A stretch of 64,000 nucleotides of DNA, from contig MU058009.1 of NCBI GenBank assembly GCA_013265495.1, positions 374,001 through 438,000 on the forward strand, given 5' to 3'. This DNA is from Vicugna vicugna (taxonomy: Eukaryota). The translations under genes and the position numbers were made by a program. Below, in pieces: positions 25,470-38,809 of the stretch. The number at the start of each line of letters is the position of its first letter. Position 1 is the first letter of the stretch. A model generated the notes under the pieces. It made no database searches, had not been told where the DNA came from, and worked only from the letters and a program-made list of their open reading frames with translations.

Positions 25470-26627
25470 TATGCTCTACATGTAGACTGGAGTCGAACAA
25501 TTAAGTAAACGGATGGCGGATGGTGGGTGCCAGATAACTCACTGTTGGGGTGGGAGGTTACAGATAAGTAAAAGGAGGCAGCTGGAATGTGGCAATGGAT
25601 TAGAGTTGGACAGAGTTTGAATGCATGTTTAGCTCAATACAGATACAGATGGTTACATATGGAATTATTTACCGACGTGTGTATGTGAGGGTTAGTGTGC
25701 ACACGTATATTTCCTTCCTTCGTCTTCTGAAAGGGCCCAGAAGCAACAACACTCCAGTAGCAACAAGCACATTTAGCATCCAGATTTTGGTTTCTAATGC
25801 CACTGTCTCATAAAAGGAACCAGGGCTCCTTGAAGAAACAGCTGATTTTAGGACTGGGGTTATAATGTAGATGTGGTATGGACTCGTACATAAATGACTG
25901 AAAAAATAAGTAAAACAAATAAATACAGGAGGACAGATAAATCTCCAATGCAAAGGAATTCCAAATAATTTGTGTAGATACTCTGCCCTTGAGCTGGGGG
26001 AGCATAGCTCCCCACCCCTTAAGTGTGGGCTGCACATAGTGATGTCCTTCTAAAGCAATATGAAAAGTGGGAACAAAAGAGTAACTTTCCAGTGGAGAAC
26101 CTGACACTCACGACCTCAGCCAGGTGATCAAAGTTAACCTCAGCAGTGACAAGCCGTGACATGATGAAAGTGGCACTTTACCTTTGCGGTCTCCCCCAAA
26201 CCCATGACCCCAGTCTAATCACGAAAAAACATCAGACAAATTCAGACCAGGGGACCTTCTACAAGATGCCTGACCAGTACTCCTCAAAACTGTCAAGGTC
26301 ATCAAAGAACCACACAAAATCTGAGAAACTGGCACAGTCAAGAGCAGCCCAAGGAGACAAAACTACCAAATGTCGTGTGGCGTCCGGGATGGGGTCCTTG
26401 GACAGAAAAAAGACAGTAAGTAAAAACTAAGAAGCTCTAAATGAAGTATGGAATGAAGTTAATAATAATGTATCAATATTGATTCCTTAATTAGAACAAC
26501 TGCAACACAATAATGTAAGATGTTAATGACAGAGGAAACTGGATGGGGGATATGTAGGAACTCTGTTACATGTTGCAATTTTTCTGTAACTTTAAAACTG
26601 TTCTCAAATAAAAGGTTCATTTAAAAG
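25470..26627 (+). mobile_element. Old L1 (L1MC/L1MD-class) 3' UTR region
   Basis: 'aaaggaaccagggctccttgaagaaacagctgatt', 'ctcagccaggtgatcaaagttaac', 'gaccagtactcctcaaaactgtcaaggtcatcaa'; ends 'ttgcaatttttctgtaactttaaaactgttctcaaataaaag'. Confidence 0.85.
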
Positions 26628-26769
26628 ATGATACTCTTAGAATAAAAATATTAACTGGACATAGCCTTATGCTAGGGTATATAAACTGGACAGTAGGTAG
26701 GAGGCTGAGTGTCAGTCTTAACCTACTTGCCAAGCCCTCCCTCCCCAGTCACTACCCCCCGGGCTCCCC

Positions 26770-26824
26770 AAGCCAGGTGCTCTTGTGCAGTGGACAACCT
26801 GCACATGCCTGTGTGGCAGTCCTG
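26770..26824 (-). mobile_element. MER91-like hAT terminal fragment
   Basis: 'cttgtgcagtggacaacctgcacatgcctgtgtggcagtcctg' resembles a MER91 terminus. Confidence 0.4.
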
Positions 26825-27689
26825 AAGTCAGAATTACCCTCTTGCACGATTTTGCTTGGAGCTTGTCTTGCATCTGAATGTAGTATTAATTTGTACTAGA
26901 GACAAAAGAATCGTCAGTTGCATCATAAATGGGTGTTTGACAGAGGATCACCTATGAGTTTGCAGGAGAAACCTCATGAGCCACATTGGCCAATGGATTT
27001 GTCTTCAAGAAGCACTGCTTTCCAAGCCTGGACAATTCCAGCTCTGGTTTTCTACCTGTTGGGAAGTTTTGCCAGACATTTCAAGGGAGATGAGGATCTC
27101 ACAGGGAAGTCGGTCTCAATTACATTTTGCCCACAGAAACAAGTAGAGGGAGAATCTTATCTCAAACTCCTCTGAACCCCAATGGGGACAAAGAGTTGTG
27201 GAAGGTGTAGGGGGTGGCGGGGTGGGGGTAGAAACGAGGGGAATCCATCCAGAGCTTTGCCCTCAGAGAGCTGTTTTTCATTATTTACGTATGAACTGGT
27301 GACAGCTAGCCAGGTGGCTCTCTGTAAGGAAATGTCTTAATGTAGCAGAAACAATCATTTTGAGTTATGCATCACAAGTCTGACATTAATTTTCTGCTTC
27401 TCACCCCAACCAAGAAATGCACTGACATGTTTCTTCCAAGGCTGCCCTCACTGCCAGCGCGGTCAGAGACCCCCTGTTTGTCCCTTCCTTGTCTACCAAG
27501 GGCCCTGTGGTGTGAAGGGCTCCAGGGAATGAGGATGGCCTTCTCAAGGGACCTTTCCTCTAAGTGGCAAGGTAGCCCAGACTGTCACCATACTGCTGCA
27601 ATGCCTGGGCCATTTGTACCCCTACAAACACAAAAACAGCTCTGTAGACTAAAAAAGCCTGTAGAATATAGTTAGACTGAGATAAGGAG

Positions 27690-28180
27690 TAGAAAGCAAT
27701 TTGGCAGTGCATATCAGCAGTCAAAAATATGTTCATGCTCTTTTGACTCAGTAATCCCACTTTTGTAAATCTGTTCTAAGAAGATAGTTCTAAACACCAA
27801 GACATCATAAGTGTAATAACAGAAACAGCCCAAATATTCAGCATTTGAGATATGGTTAAATAAATTATGGTTCGTAGGTTTGACGGAATATTATGGAATC
27901 CTAAAAACAATCGCTTATGAGAATTACATAAGGTGGAAATTGTGTATGATGACTAGGCTCAGAGAAAAAAAAAAGGGGAGACAGAAGATATAAGCAAAGA
28001 TAATCACTACTATGGTAAAATATACATAAGAAAAAGGCTCAGCGGAAACTCACCGAAGTGCTAATAGAGCTTGTATTAGACTGGTGGGATCTGAGTTGAT
28101 TCTTTTTCTTTTTTCTCTAGTTTCCAAATTTTCTGTGATATGGTAATATTACACCCCAATGGAAGAGATTATTTTAAACC
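27690..28180 (+). mobile_element. Ancient L1 (L1ME-like) 3' region
   Basis: 'gcaatttggcagtgcatatc...ttttgactcagtaatcccacttt...atggttaaataaattatggt...tttccaaattttctgtgata'. Confidence 0.75.
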
Positions 28181-29684
28181 TATGTCTAGTCCTGTCCCCC
28201 AGTGCATATGAGTAGTGGAACGGGGTTCCACAGTATGTGTAAAAAGACAGCAATGGCCATCAGTAATAAAAGAACATTAATAAAAATGAATAATGAATTT
28301 GTAAAAGGAGACACAGCCTGGCAAGAAAATGGTGTGATGATTTCAGACACACTGACTTCCTCCAGGACCAGTCTGGGGGGACTTTTTCTCATCAAGGTGA
28401 TTGGTGTTTTGTCAATCTAGACGGACAGTGGGGAGGGAGCTGGCCAACTCCAGGCTTGCTCGCAGCTCACAGTGGAGCAGCCACCGAGCAAATGTCTCGC
28501 CCGCCCGGGAGCCAAAGCTTTTCTCCCGGGGCTCGCTGGGCCGACGCGAGGGAGCACTAGCTGGGCCGGTCCTGCTTGCAGGACACCTTGGATGAAGCCT
28601 TCATTGATTTCCTAACTGGGCCGGAGCCCCTGGACAGGCGGCCAGGAGTGAAGGCCAGTACGAAAGAGGACGGGGAGTGGAGCTGGTCTTTCCGGATGAG
28701 CAATCAGTGGTGGCAGGAGCAGCGGGGGTCTGAGGGAGAGGCAGTGGCTCTCTCTGCATCCCCTTAACTGCAGTTAGAGGCAATCTTGGCTGATGGAGCA
28801 TGGTGGGTTTCGGGCATTTGCCTGCATGATAGCAGGAAAGGGGCAGCTCGGGGGGCCAGTTAGGTTATCAGCGAAAAGATGGGCCAGATGTAATTTAGCT
28901 GAGCCAGGGGCCCACCCACTGGAGGGAACAGCTGATGTAATGAATGACAGAATGATGAAATGATGGGGCCAATCAACCCCCAGGGGGATGGGTTTCCTCA
29001 TTCCCGATGCACATGGTCTCGGCATCCTCTCTGATTTGCAATGTGTTGACCACAAGGAAGCAGCCAGCTTTATGTTCGAGGAGTTTCCGCAACTAATTGT
29101 ATCACATGGGCCGGCGGCCCCACGGTGGTGTCTGTTACTCACATAACTTAAGCCCTTGCCAAATGCTGAGAACAATAAACTCAAACCAACCTGATCCAAA
29201 TCAACATAAACATGCCCAAATACACAACAGGACTTTCCACCACACTATTTTCCTTCCTATAGCGAAAGAAGGGAGAGCCAACTTTTCATGCCAACTTCCA
29301 CATCTTCTTTTCATGTTGCTCACTAGAGGAAAAAAACAAGACTGGTCCTTTTTTATTTGCCTGGAAAGATAAATTTTTAATGACCGTAAGTGTTCTTTCC
29401 GCACCTTAGTTTGGCGGAAGAGATGGGACCGCTTGGACAGCCAGTTTCAGGAACACAATACTTGGTTCTTGTTATTTCTTCTCCTTTTCACCACCCAGTG
29501 AAGCACAGATGCTCTCCGCCTGGGCTTTTGTTCTAAGTCTGCCGTCCCGTCAGCCAGCGGAGACAGCTTGTCTTAGAAGGAAACACTCCTGATGAATTGG
29601 CTTCACTGGATTGTCTTCCAACAATGCAAGCAGGTTTATTCTGACACCTCAACTCTTCACCCTATTTCCTCTCAGCATTCATCC

Positions 29685-29910
29685 AGTTTTATTTATTTAT
29701 TAACTATCTACCATGTGCCAGGCACTATTTCTCTTTCATCCTTTCAGTGATCCTGTGATGTAGCTGCTCATATTACAACCATCATTATCCCCATTTCACA
29801 GATGGGAAAATGGAAGCACTGAGAGGTCAAGACTTGACGCAGCTGATACACGATGAACTCGGCAGCCTGGCCCCAGAGCCCGGGCTCTCAGCCACGATGC
29901 TATTCTGCCT
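29685..29910 (-). mobile_element. MIR SINE
   Basis: 'ctaccatgtgccaggcact...attatccccatttcacagatgggaaaatggaagcactgagaggtcaag...ctcagccacgatgctattctgcct'. Confidence 0.85.
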
Positions 29911-30649
29911 CCCCTGACAACTGCTAAACACTGCGGGTGTGAGAGAGCAGGGGATGGAGTTGGGGGTGGGAAGAGATGAGAGGGGCTCAGTCCCTGCCCT
30001 CACAATCTGGGAGGATATCATTTCTAACCATTTCTCTTCCGTTCCTATGGACACGGCCTCCCAGGGCTGCAGGTCCAAGTTCTTTGGCATTCATCTTGGT
30101 CTCACTGGCTTTCCATGCCCTTGGCTTTGACAGTGAGACAGGGACGGGTTTCCTTCCTGGCCTCCCCTGTCCGTTTCCGGCTGGTAGTTCTGCAGCGTGC
30201 ACACGCTGCTGTGAAAGAGGCCCAAGGGAGCAGGCAGCACAGCCACCTCCTGGGGGTGTGGAGGTGCAGGGGGGCCTGGGGGTCACGCTTACCTTGGAGA
30301 GGCGTGCACAACGTAGCCTGCACGATGCCTTGGGTAAGAGTCAGCTTTAGCCTCACCAGACCCATGGTCACCACCTCTCCACCTTACTGACCACAAAGGC
30401 CTTACGATCACCACCAAACAAACTGACTGTTTTGATCTGGAGACAGTCAGAGTTCAATCTGGAGTAGTCCAGGCAGCTGCACATTGTGCCATCAGCGTCA
30501 TAGGAAAAGGAGGGAGAAAAAATGGGCTGTTTTGTAGATTTCGGTTCCTCCGTCATGACTTCGATTTGTAGAATATCAGAATTCTAAATAACTGTCACCA
30601 TCAAAGTGTGACAGCTATTCAGCCCCCTGTGCGGCAACCCAAGCTGCTT

Positions 30650-30865
30650 TCTTTGCCCCGATGATTGGTTGTGTCCCTTCCTTTGCACGCCACATCCTGT
30701 GACTGTCTCTGTCATGTAACGAGGCTGTAATACAGGGTGTTCATCTCCCCCTGTGACCACGAGCCCTTTAGGCGCAAAAAGCACTCTTCATCCCCTTTGC
30801 ATTTCTAGTGTTTACTAGCCTGGGCATACAGTAGGCACTTAATGTAGGTTTGTTAAATGTTGATG
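30650..30865 (+). mobile_element. L2 3' end fragment
   Basis: 'tctccccctgtgaccacgagccc...gcctgggcatacagtaggcacttaatgtaggtttgttaaatg'. Confidence 0.7.
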
Positions 30866-31099
30866 ACTCTCAATAGTTTATGGAGAATCTAGACATTGCC
30901 ACCATCACACCCACAACCCCATCACATCTGCATCCATCTTGCCCTTCTTCCGTCCTCTTGTGTTTACAGTCTCTCCTGACAGATGCCAACCCTTCACCAC
31001 GTTCTTTGCATCTACCTCCTCCTTTCTTCTTAAGGACTCCTCAGCTCTCTCCTCGTTTTCTTGCATCCTGAAGCTCCTTCTCTCTCCCCTGGATCATCC

Positions 31100-31820
31100 C
31101 CATTAGGCAAAAAGCAAGCAAACCTATGCTCAGTTACCACCCGCTCTTGAAATCCCCCTTAGACCCTACAGCTGACTCTGGCGGTCATCCCCTCTCTCTG
31201 CATTCTTCTCCAGAAAACATCTGGAAGAAGCTGTCCACACACAGTAGGTCCACCTCACCTCCTCCCATTCACTCTTGAGCTGACCTTTTCTGGTTTCTAC
31301 CCTACGGTTACAAAAACTTGTCTTGTCAAGACCAATGCCAAGTCTTGGGGTCTATCTGCCTTTTGTCTCCATCCTCTTTGAGCTGCAGGAAACACTGAAC
31401 ATGGTTGCCTGCTCCCAACTTCCCCCTAGCCTGGGTGATGGGCACTCTGCTGTTCCCGCCCATCCCTCTCTTTCCGCTCTTCTCAGCCTCCTTGGAAGTT
31501 TCCCATTCCCTAAACATGGGACCCTTGACCTCTCCTCTCCATGCTGTACTCTCTTTAATAATCCCATCAGTTCCATCATATATGGTGGACAATTCCCTTA
31601 TCTGTATCTCCAGCCCAAACTTTTTCATTGCATCCAACTCCCTTAAATGTCTCAAAGGCACGTCAAAGGGCCCCTGTTCCAAATCAACCTTTTTAATCAC
31701 ATGCCTCCCCTGCAACCACATCCTTTTCTCATCTTCTTTATCTTCACAGTTAAAATCTCTGTCTACCTAGTTGTCCAGGCTGGAATCTGGGCCCCATCTC
31801 TAATTCCCCTCACCCACTCT
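31100..31820 (+). mobile_element. L2 internal (decayed ORF2/RT) fragment
   Basis: Pyrimidine-rich L2 blocks 'tcctcccattcactctt', 'tcttgtcaagacc', 'tatatggtggacaattcccttatctgtatctccagccc' (eroded YADD region), 'aaatgtctcaaaggcacgtcaaa'. Confidence 0.65.
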
Positions 31821-34249
31821 GCCTGGGTGGTCCTCTCAGTGACCCCATGGGTTCGCCACTTGTTTCTTGCCCACTTGTCTCTCTTCTCCCAATCTGAGAT
31901 GGCCAGGCATTGCGCTGGGTCCTGGGAAGATACTAACAGAGGAAACTATCCTGGTCCACATGCTCGGGAAACAGACTAAAGAATGAGTGAACAGTAAAAG
32001 ACTCCCCGTCAAAGTTGTGGCTTCAAGTCCTCATGGAAAGGGGCCCATTCCTGATGTGTCCAGTGCCATTGATCAGAGAGTTAAATTTTGTAAAGACTCA
32101 GTTTATTGATCTATAAAGCGAGACGAGTAAACAGCTAACTCTTGGGGTTATTGCAAAGCTGCAGCATGCGTAACACCTAGCGCATCGTTAGTGCTCAGTT
32201 CAGGCTTAACTGAGAAAACACACTGTAACACAAACGACCCGACCATTTGATCAATTACGTTTTCGGATTGTTTTCAGCGTGTGTTACACCCAGCCTGCGG
32301 TAAGCCTAAACAGCATATGAACAAATGAATAAACGACGGGCACATATCACCGCCAACGAGTCAGAGGAAGGAGTGATGTCAGCCCCGATCCCAGGCGTGG
32401 TGGGAACGGTGCTGGCTCGGACGTGGGTCAGGGCGTTCTTCTGCCGTCCCTGCCCCCGCCTCCACCGCTGGCCCAGGCTTTGCCGCTGTCTCCTGTTCCT
32501 GCTTCTGCTTCTGCTCCCGGAGGAGCAAATGATGGATGGAAATACCATAAACACGAACAATGCCTATTGTGCTCTGCTTAGAAACGGCCCGTGTTCTTTT
32601 AAAAATTATGAATAAAATAATATACTGACTAAATCGGGTGGTGTGGGGGATTTGCAAAGGAGAATGCAAATGAAACTGAGGTCACCTGTTAGGTTTGGGA
32701 GGGAAAAAAAAAGAGCGGTTTTTCAGAATGGCCTTTTTCTACCGCTAGGATGGTGAGAGGAAAACCATCTTCGGGAACAAAAGATCAGAAATTGCCTTCT
32801 GCGCGCTATGTGCTTCAGAAGAAAGGTCTGTGTTGGGGAACCTCTTACGGAGGAAAGAGTGCACTTTTGGGGGGCCTGTACAGATAATTTGGTTGTTATT
32901 TTTCGACCTGACGAGATGGGAAATAGTTGAGGTATAAAATCCTGAAGGAAGGGCAGAGAGTGTTAGGATAAAAATTGAATTCGGCGTCCCTGGCCTGGGC
33001 CTAATGCAGGCATCTCACCAGACTTCTGCTCACAGGAGTTTCCTCTGGGCCTCAGCTCGTGGGAAATGAGAGCCTGGCCACTCTGATGTTTATAGCGTTT
33101 GCAGAAAATCGTACCTATCATGCAGATCTATTTCCTTTTCTCATCCTTCTTTCAAAAGAAAAAAAAAACGATTTTCTAGGGCACTTATGAAACAGAGTGA
33201 CTAAAGAGAGGAGGGGCCTGCAAAGGGGTCTGAGAGCAGTTTCTGAGTCAATGGGCAAGTCTGTGGTCCCGGCCCAGCCAACCCCACCCTTCCTCTGTCG
33301 GGCTGAGGGAGGGTTGCCTTTGTCCTTTCAATCCTTCCTCAGTTCCCTGGGATACGAATGCTGAGTCAGGGGTGTGATGAGTTAGCCAGAGGGTGAAGGA
33401 GAAAAAGAGAAGAAGGGGCAGTAATAGCGAGGTAGACCAGACGTCACCAGGAGCTCAGCAGAAGGCTCATGGCAGCACCAGGTGGACACCTTGGCTCGCC
33501 GACACTGACCCTCACAAGCGAATCAGTGCGAGGCCAGTGTGAGCACTTCCCAGGAGGATGTGATAGGGAGCAGCTGCAGGAAGAGGGCGCAATTTGAGAG
33601 ACTAAACAAGTTCACCCAAAGAAACAGAATTAACTGAGGCACATGTATAAATTATTCCCTTGGCCCAAGTGTACTGGAGTGAGCCAAAAGTGCCCACTCG
33701 TGAGAAGTGCAGACAAGGAAGAGGAGATAGGAGTAACGCTAGTTCCTCTGCATATCTGAGCTCTGCGGTGAATAAATTTGCAATCCAAATACACATGTTA
33801 CTTCTCCTCACTCTCAACCAGTACCTGGGTTTTAATAGGTACCTATAGAAAATCTGGAAAGTTATATAAAGGCATAAATGAATGCATTTCTAATAGTTGA
33901 GTTTCCAATGATAGGATGTGAGATATCTGAACAAGGTGAGAGCAGGGCTGGATTGAAACCTTTAAAGGGGACTAAGCACTGAAAATATTATAGTGTGCCT
34001 TCCTCCGTTATTTAAAAGTAAAAACAATTCTAAGACACAACATTATGGTAAGGAAGTCCAACGATGTTCTGATATTTCTTATGGCAGTCGGAGTTAAGTT
34101 TTTAAAACACTTAATATAAAATTTTATCCAAAACACGACTTGGGTACCCTTAGGACATGTTCAGTCTGTCTCCTGGGTAAATAAACCCGGAAGAGCTAGA
34201 GCCCGCCAGCCTGGGTCTACAGTTCCCTCCTGGGTACCGTCTCTTTGGT

Positions 34250-34455
34250 TCAATGAGATAGAAGCAAGAGAACATGGACTTTGTCCTCAGAAGACTGGAT
34301 TCCAGCCTCTGCTCTCATCACTTAGTGTATGACTTTGGGCTTTTCTTATAATCTTTCTGAGTCTCAGTTTCCTCATCTATAAAATGGGGATAATAGACGC
34401 TTCCTCACAGGGTGGGAACGAAGATCAAATGAGAGAATGTGTGTGAAAATGTCAC
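34250..34455 (+). mobile_element. MIR SINE
   Basis: 'ctttctgagtctcagtttcctcatctataaaatggggataata...cctcacagggt...gatcaaatgagagaatgtgtgtgaaa'. Confidence 0.9.
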
Positions 34456-34514
34456 GTAATATTGGTTTGTTTGGTTGCATAAATATTCGAACCTGGAACT
34501 TCCTGCAAGTACAT

Positions 34515-35130
34515 TACAACCAAATGCCAACGAGGACGTGGACTGATGAGAACTCTCATTTGGTGCTGGTGGGAATGCAAAATGGTGCAGCCACTTTGCA
34601 AGACAGCGCGGTGGTTTCTTCCAAACCTACGCATACTCTTATCAGATGATCCAGGAGTTGTTCTCCTAGGCATTGACTGAAATGAGTTGAAAAATTATGT
34701 TCACACAGAAACCTGCACATACATGCATCAGGCAGCTTTTTTCCCTAATTCCCAAACACTGGAGTCAACCAAGATGTCTTTCCATAGGTGAATGAATAAA
34801 CAAACTGTGGTACATCCAGACAATGGCGTATTATTCAGCAATAAAAAGAAATGAGCTATCAAGTCATGAAGACATGGAGGAAATTTAAATGTGTATTGCT
34901 AAGTGAAAGATGCTGATCTGAAAGGGCTGCGTATTATCCACACCCCTGGGACTTTAATTAATAAAAATATGTTAATACTGGATCATCAAGGGTAATAAAC
35001 ATACCACACGAATGCAAGATGTTAATAACAGGGGTGGGGAGAGTGTATGTGGGAGTGTCTGCACTTTCTGTTCAATTTTCCTGTAAATCTAAAACTGCTC
35101 TAAGAAATAAAGCCTATTTATTAAAAAAAT
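34515..35130 (+). mobile_element. L1MC-like L1 3' portion
   Basis: 'gctggtgggaatgcaaaatggtgcagccacttt', 'aaatgagttgaaaaattatgttcacacagaaacctgcac', 'ttttcctgtaaatctaaaactgctctaagaaataaagcctatt'. Confidence 0.9.
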
Positions 35131-36334
35131 TAATTACAGAGCTGCATGAACTACTGGCTCTTCTTCCCTACCTGGTGGTACCCACAGCGAAACAGCTCTC
35201 CCACGCCAGTGCAGCCTCGGCAACGCCAGGCTCCTTCCCACCCCAGGTAAAGGCTCACCCAGGCACTGGGAAAAGCATGAATCAAAAATGACAGCACATT
35301 TTTCATGCTGAACTATTACCTTGTCTGGTTATTTTGCTATTCATACCGCCAATAAGAAGCCACTTCGCTATCACGCTTGCATTCAATTTGTGATTTAGAC
35401 TAACCTTTCGCTGGGACACTTTTGCATCCGTGGGGGCACATAGGGTTTGTTTTATTTTTGCTAATGCAATAAAGTTGGAATCCTGAACATACCCATCAGT
35501 CTCCAGAGGTGACCCGGGGAATTGTGGGGGGGAGGGTAAGGCCTGACTGATTATATGTTAAAATGGGGAACCAGAAAACCGAAAGATACGGCTAATGGGA
35601 TAAAAAGAGAGAGGCTCAGTTGGTAGTGGTCCCCCGGCTTCTGGGTCCCAGCCCAGGCTGACCTCGAAATTCCCCTTGGATGGAGGGACTTCATTCTGCA
35701 GTCCTGTCCTGCTGCACAGGGCCAGGGCGTTGCTAAATCTAGCGGGAAGGAGGAGAGCCTTGGAGAGCCAGCCAGTCAGCATGGCTGGAGGAGGGCACAT
35801 CACAAGCGTGGTGACAGAGATGGCCTTCCCCTTGAGAAGACCAGGTCGCCTAAGTGGTGTGATTTGAAATGTCCCAACGTGTCCGCCACTGAGGCCGAAA
35901 TTCTCCTCCTTCCCACGTGAAGTGCCGAGCAGACACCCACTGGGTAATAGGGCACTTGAGATGCTGGCGTGGGATCCCCCTTGAGTTAACTATCACCCTC
36001 TCTCTTGCTCGTTTCAAATGCTGATGCTCCCAAACAGAGCTGCAGCTCCAAGTGCATGAGTGTCATGGCAGCAAAAGGCCTGCCTGTGAGCGGGGAAGAT
36101 CCCCGAAACAGCATTTCTGGGGTGCAGGGTCATATCAGGGCTGGGGCCAGAAAGGCTGGTACTATGCAGACCTCTGCACATTTTCTGGGAGGAAAAAAAT
36201 GATACCTGGGAGAGAAGGGGAGAAAAAAGCACCCTTCAGATTCCCCGAAGCCCACAGTTCAAGATCACCTGCAATTAGCAAACCATAGCTCTGGGGTCTG
36301 AACCTTGGGTCACCAGATTTGGGGGATGCACCCT

Positions 36335-36550
36335 TGTGCAGGGGAACAGAAGCCTGGGCTCTGAATATCTAACCGATTTGGATGTAAGTCCTGCCTCTGC
36401 CACTTACTTAGCCTCTCTGAGACTCAGTTTCTCATCCCCATAAAATAGACGAATAATAAGCTTATTTTAGAGAGCTGTTGTGAGCATAAGACACGTCTAT
36501 TTCTTAGCACAGTATCTGGCCCAGGGAAGGACTTGATACTGATAGTATTG
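36335..36550 (+). mobile_element. MIR SINE
   Basis: 'cctgcctctgccacttacttagcctctctgagactcagtttctcatccccataaaatag...cttagcacagtatctggc'. Confidence 0.85.
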
Positions 36551-37934
36551 ACGGCACGGCTGTTGTCGGTAGGAGGAATCTGCTGGTCAGTGTCTAGTGC
36601 CCCCCCGACTCCTGTGCGCAGAGCTGCCCCCTTCATCATCACCTGTGGAGCCAGCTCAGTCCCCTCCTCCTCCCTGCTGGTCCCCCAAAGCCAGCCCTGA
36701 TGGGCACTCGAGTTCTACTGGTGGCTTACTGTGGAGCTGAGACCTAATCCACAGGCAGCTGAGGCTCCTGAAGCCCGGGCGCTGCTGATGGGGCCGTGGG
36801 AGCGTGAGCCTCAGCCTCCGAGCACAGTCAGCACTGGGCTGATGTATATGAGGAAAGCGCACAATCATATGGTTGAAAAGAATTGTAATTGTAATGGAAA
36901 TCACTCCACTGAACCTGTTTCCTGAATTCGCATTTTGTCCTTGTGAATCAGAAGCACCAGGAGCAATTTATTTCCAAACATCAACAATTCGGAATGGGAA
37001 GGAAAATGAAATCATTGCATCCTGACTCGCCTGAAACAATTCATCTGTGCGTACATGCAAATCCTGCCGGCCGTGGACACTGTGAAGCAACGCATGGGCT
37101 TCTTCTGTGTTTTCCGCCTTCCCTGTGTGCCTGGCAAGGAGGAGGGTGGGGATTATCTTGCAGCAGGTGGATTTCTGCTCCCCACTGTGAGAACTGACGA
37201 CTGTGTAAGTGATGGCTTATTGCTCCCACCACAGCCAGGTGGAAAGGAAAGATTTCCCTGTGCTCTAGGGGGCCCCAGGCAGGTGTCTTTGCAGCCCCCC
37301 TCTGCTTTCCCAATTCTGGGGCCCCCGGGAGTGACTCCCAGGGCGGCCCCACTCTGGGACCCCAGGCACACGAGCCCTTCCTCTCTGAAAACACATGAGT
37401 CTTCCGTGTCCGTCCCAGCCTGCTCCTTGACCAGAACCGCAGTGTAGCGCTTACTGGGAATCCCGACGTGCTGACTGACGTCCCGGGATCCTCCCAGGGC
37501 TCCAGGTCCAGTGGCAGCAGAAACAGATGTGCTGGGTTCCACGGAAGCAGGGTAACTAAAGAATTAGGAAAACATCTCTTTTGTGAAAGGGCTGCCATTT
37601 GCTATTTCAATAAAAGAGTTGAAGAGCTCCTCATTAGCAGAAACAGAGGGTCTCCCAGCAGCCAGCCTCCCCCGGCGGACTGTGGGGTTGAGCACCCTTG
37701 ACAAGCACAGGCTGGCCTGGGGCGTGAGGGGGCTGCAGGAGGGCTGCGGGAGCCGCATGCAATCGTTTTAACACGCGGAGCCTCTGAGTGTGCCCTCCAG
37801 GCCTGACTTCCAGGTTCTGATAGTCCTTTGGTTTCTGGGGCTCTGACTGGACGGTGGGCACGTCTTCAGGTGTCTCCTTAGAGAAATGGTGCAGAGGAAT
37901 CTTAGCCCGAGAAACGGTTTCTGACCAAGGAGGC

Positions 37935-38120
37935 AAAGTGCTGTAAGCGGAAAGAGTATGGGTTTGGGGTCTGCAGGCTCTAAAGGCGGGTCCAGATCCC
38001 CAGCAGCTCTGTGGTTTTAACCAAGCTGTGCCTCAGTCTCTCCATCTGTAAAATGGAGATCACACTGCGCCCTAGCACAAAGGGGCGCCTGTGAGGACTT
38101 ATAAGCAGATGCTCAGTAAA
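37935..38120 (+). mobile_element. MIR SINE
   Basis: 'ctgtgcctcagtctctccatctgtaaaatggagat'. Confidence 0.75.
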
Positions 38121-38132
38121 CTGCAAAGAGGG

Positions 38133-38347
38133 GTGTGTATGTGTATGTGTGTGTGTATGTGTGTGTACGTGTGCATGTATGTGTGTATGTATGTGTTTAT
38201 GTGTGTGTATGTGTGTATGTGTGTGTATGTATGTGTGTATGTGTGTATGTGTTTATGTGTTTATGTGTGTATGTGTGTATGTGTGTATGTGTGTGTGTGT
38301 GTATGTGTTTATGTGTGTGTGTATGTGTGTGTGTGAGTGTGTGTGTG
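38133..38347. repeat. Compound (TG)n/(TATG)n microsatellite, about 215 bp
   Basis: Directly visible; mostly GTGTATGT/GTGTGT units. Confidence 0.95.
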
Positions 38348-38809
38348 ATGGAGAGGGGGAAACACTATATTAATAGCTCTTCCCAGATTTCTCTTGTTTA
38401 GGAATGGTTTTCCTTGGAAAAATAAGATGAAGAGGACTTGCAGGCAAAAGCGCTTCCCAGGAACGTGAGCCCAGGGGAACTAGCAGTTCAGCAGAAAGCA
38501 AGAGGAGTATCTCCTGTTGTTCTGCAGAGAGAGGAGAGCCAGGAGGAAGGAAAGCGGTCAGGCGGGAGGAGAGCCAGTGAGATGGCAGAACCTTTTCCTT
38601 GTCCCTGGAAACTCTTCTGCCCCCAACTTTGAGAAACTTCCAGGAGAACGCGGGGAGGCTGTGAGCGGTTTCTTCCGGGGACAGACCCACAGGAACTGAG
38701 GCTGCCCTCCAGGGGCTGCAGCGCCAACAGCGCCCGGGGATGCTGGGGCTGAGCACGAGAATGTGAGCTGCTGGGGGCTGCAGGGGCTTCGGATGATGGT
38801 CTCCCCTCT

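Noticed and set aside
32325..32615. 96-aa ORF with a hydrophobic LLFLLLLLL stretch resembling a signal peptide
   Set aside because: The hydrophobic run comes from a CTGCTT micro-repeat and sits mid-ORF; no supporting splice structure.
37187..37200. TGAGAACTGA, identical to the start of miR-146
   Set aside because: Only 10 nt match and no precursor hairpin seen.
38091..38401. Cys/Val/Met/Tyr repeat ORFs
   Set aside because: Translations of a TG microsatellite.
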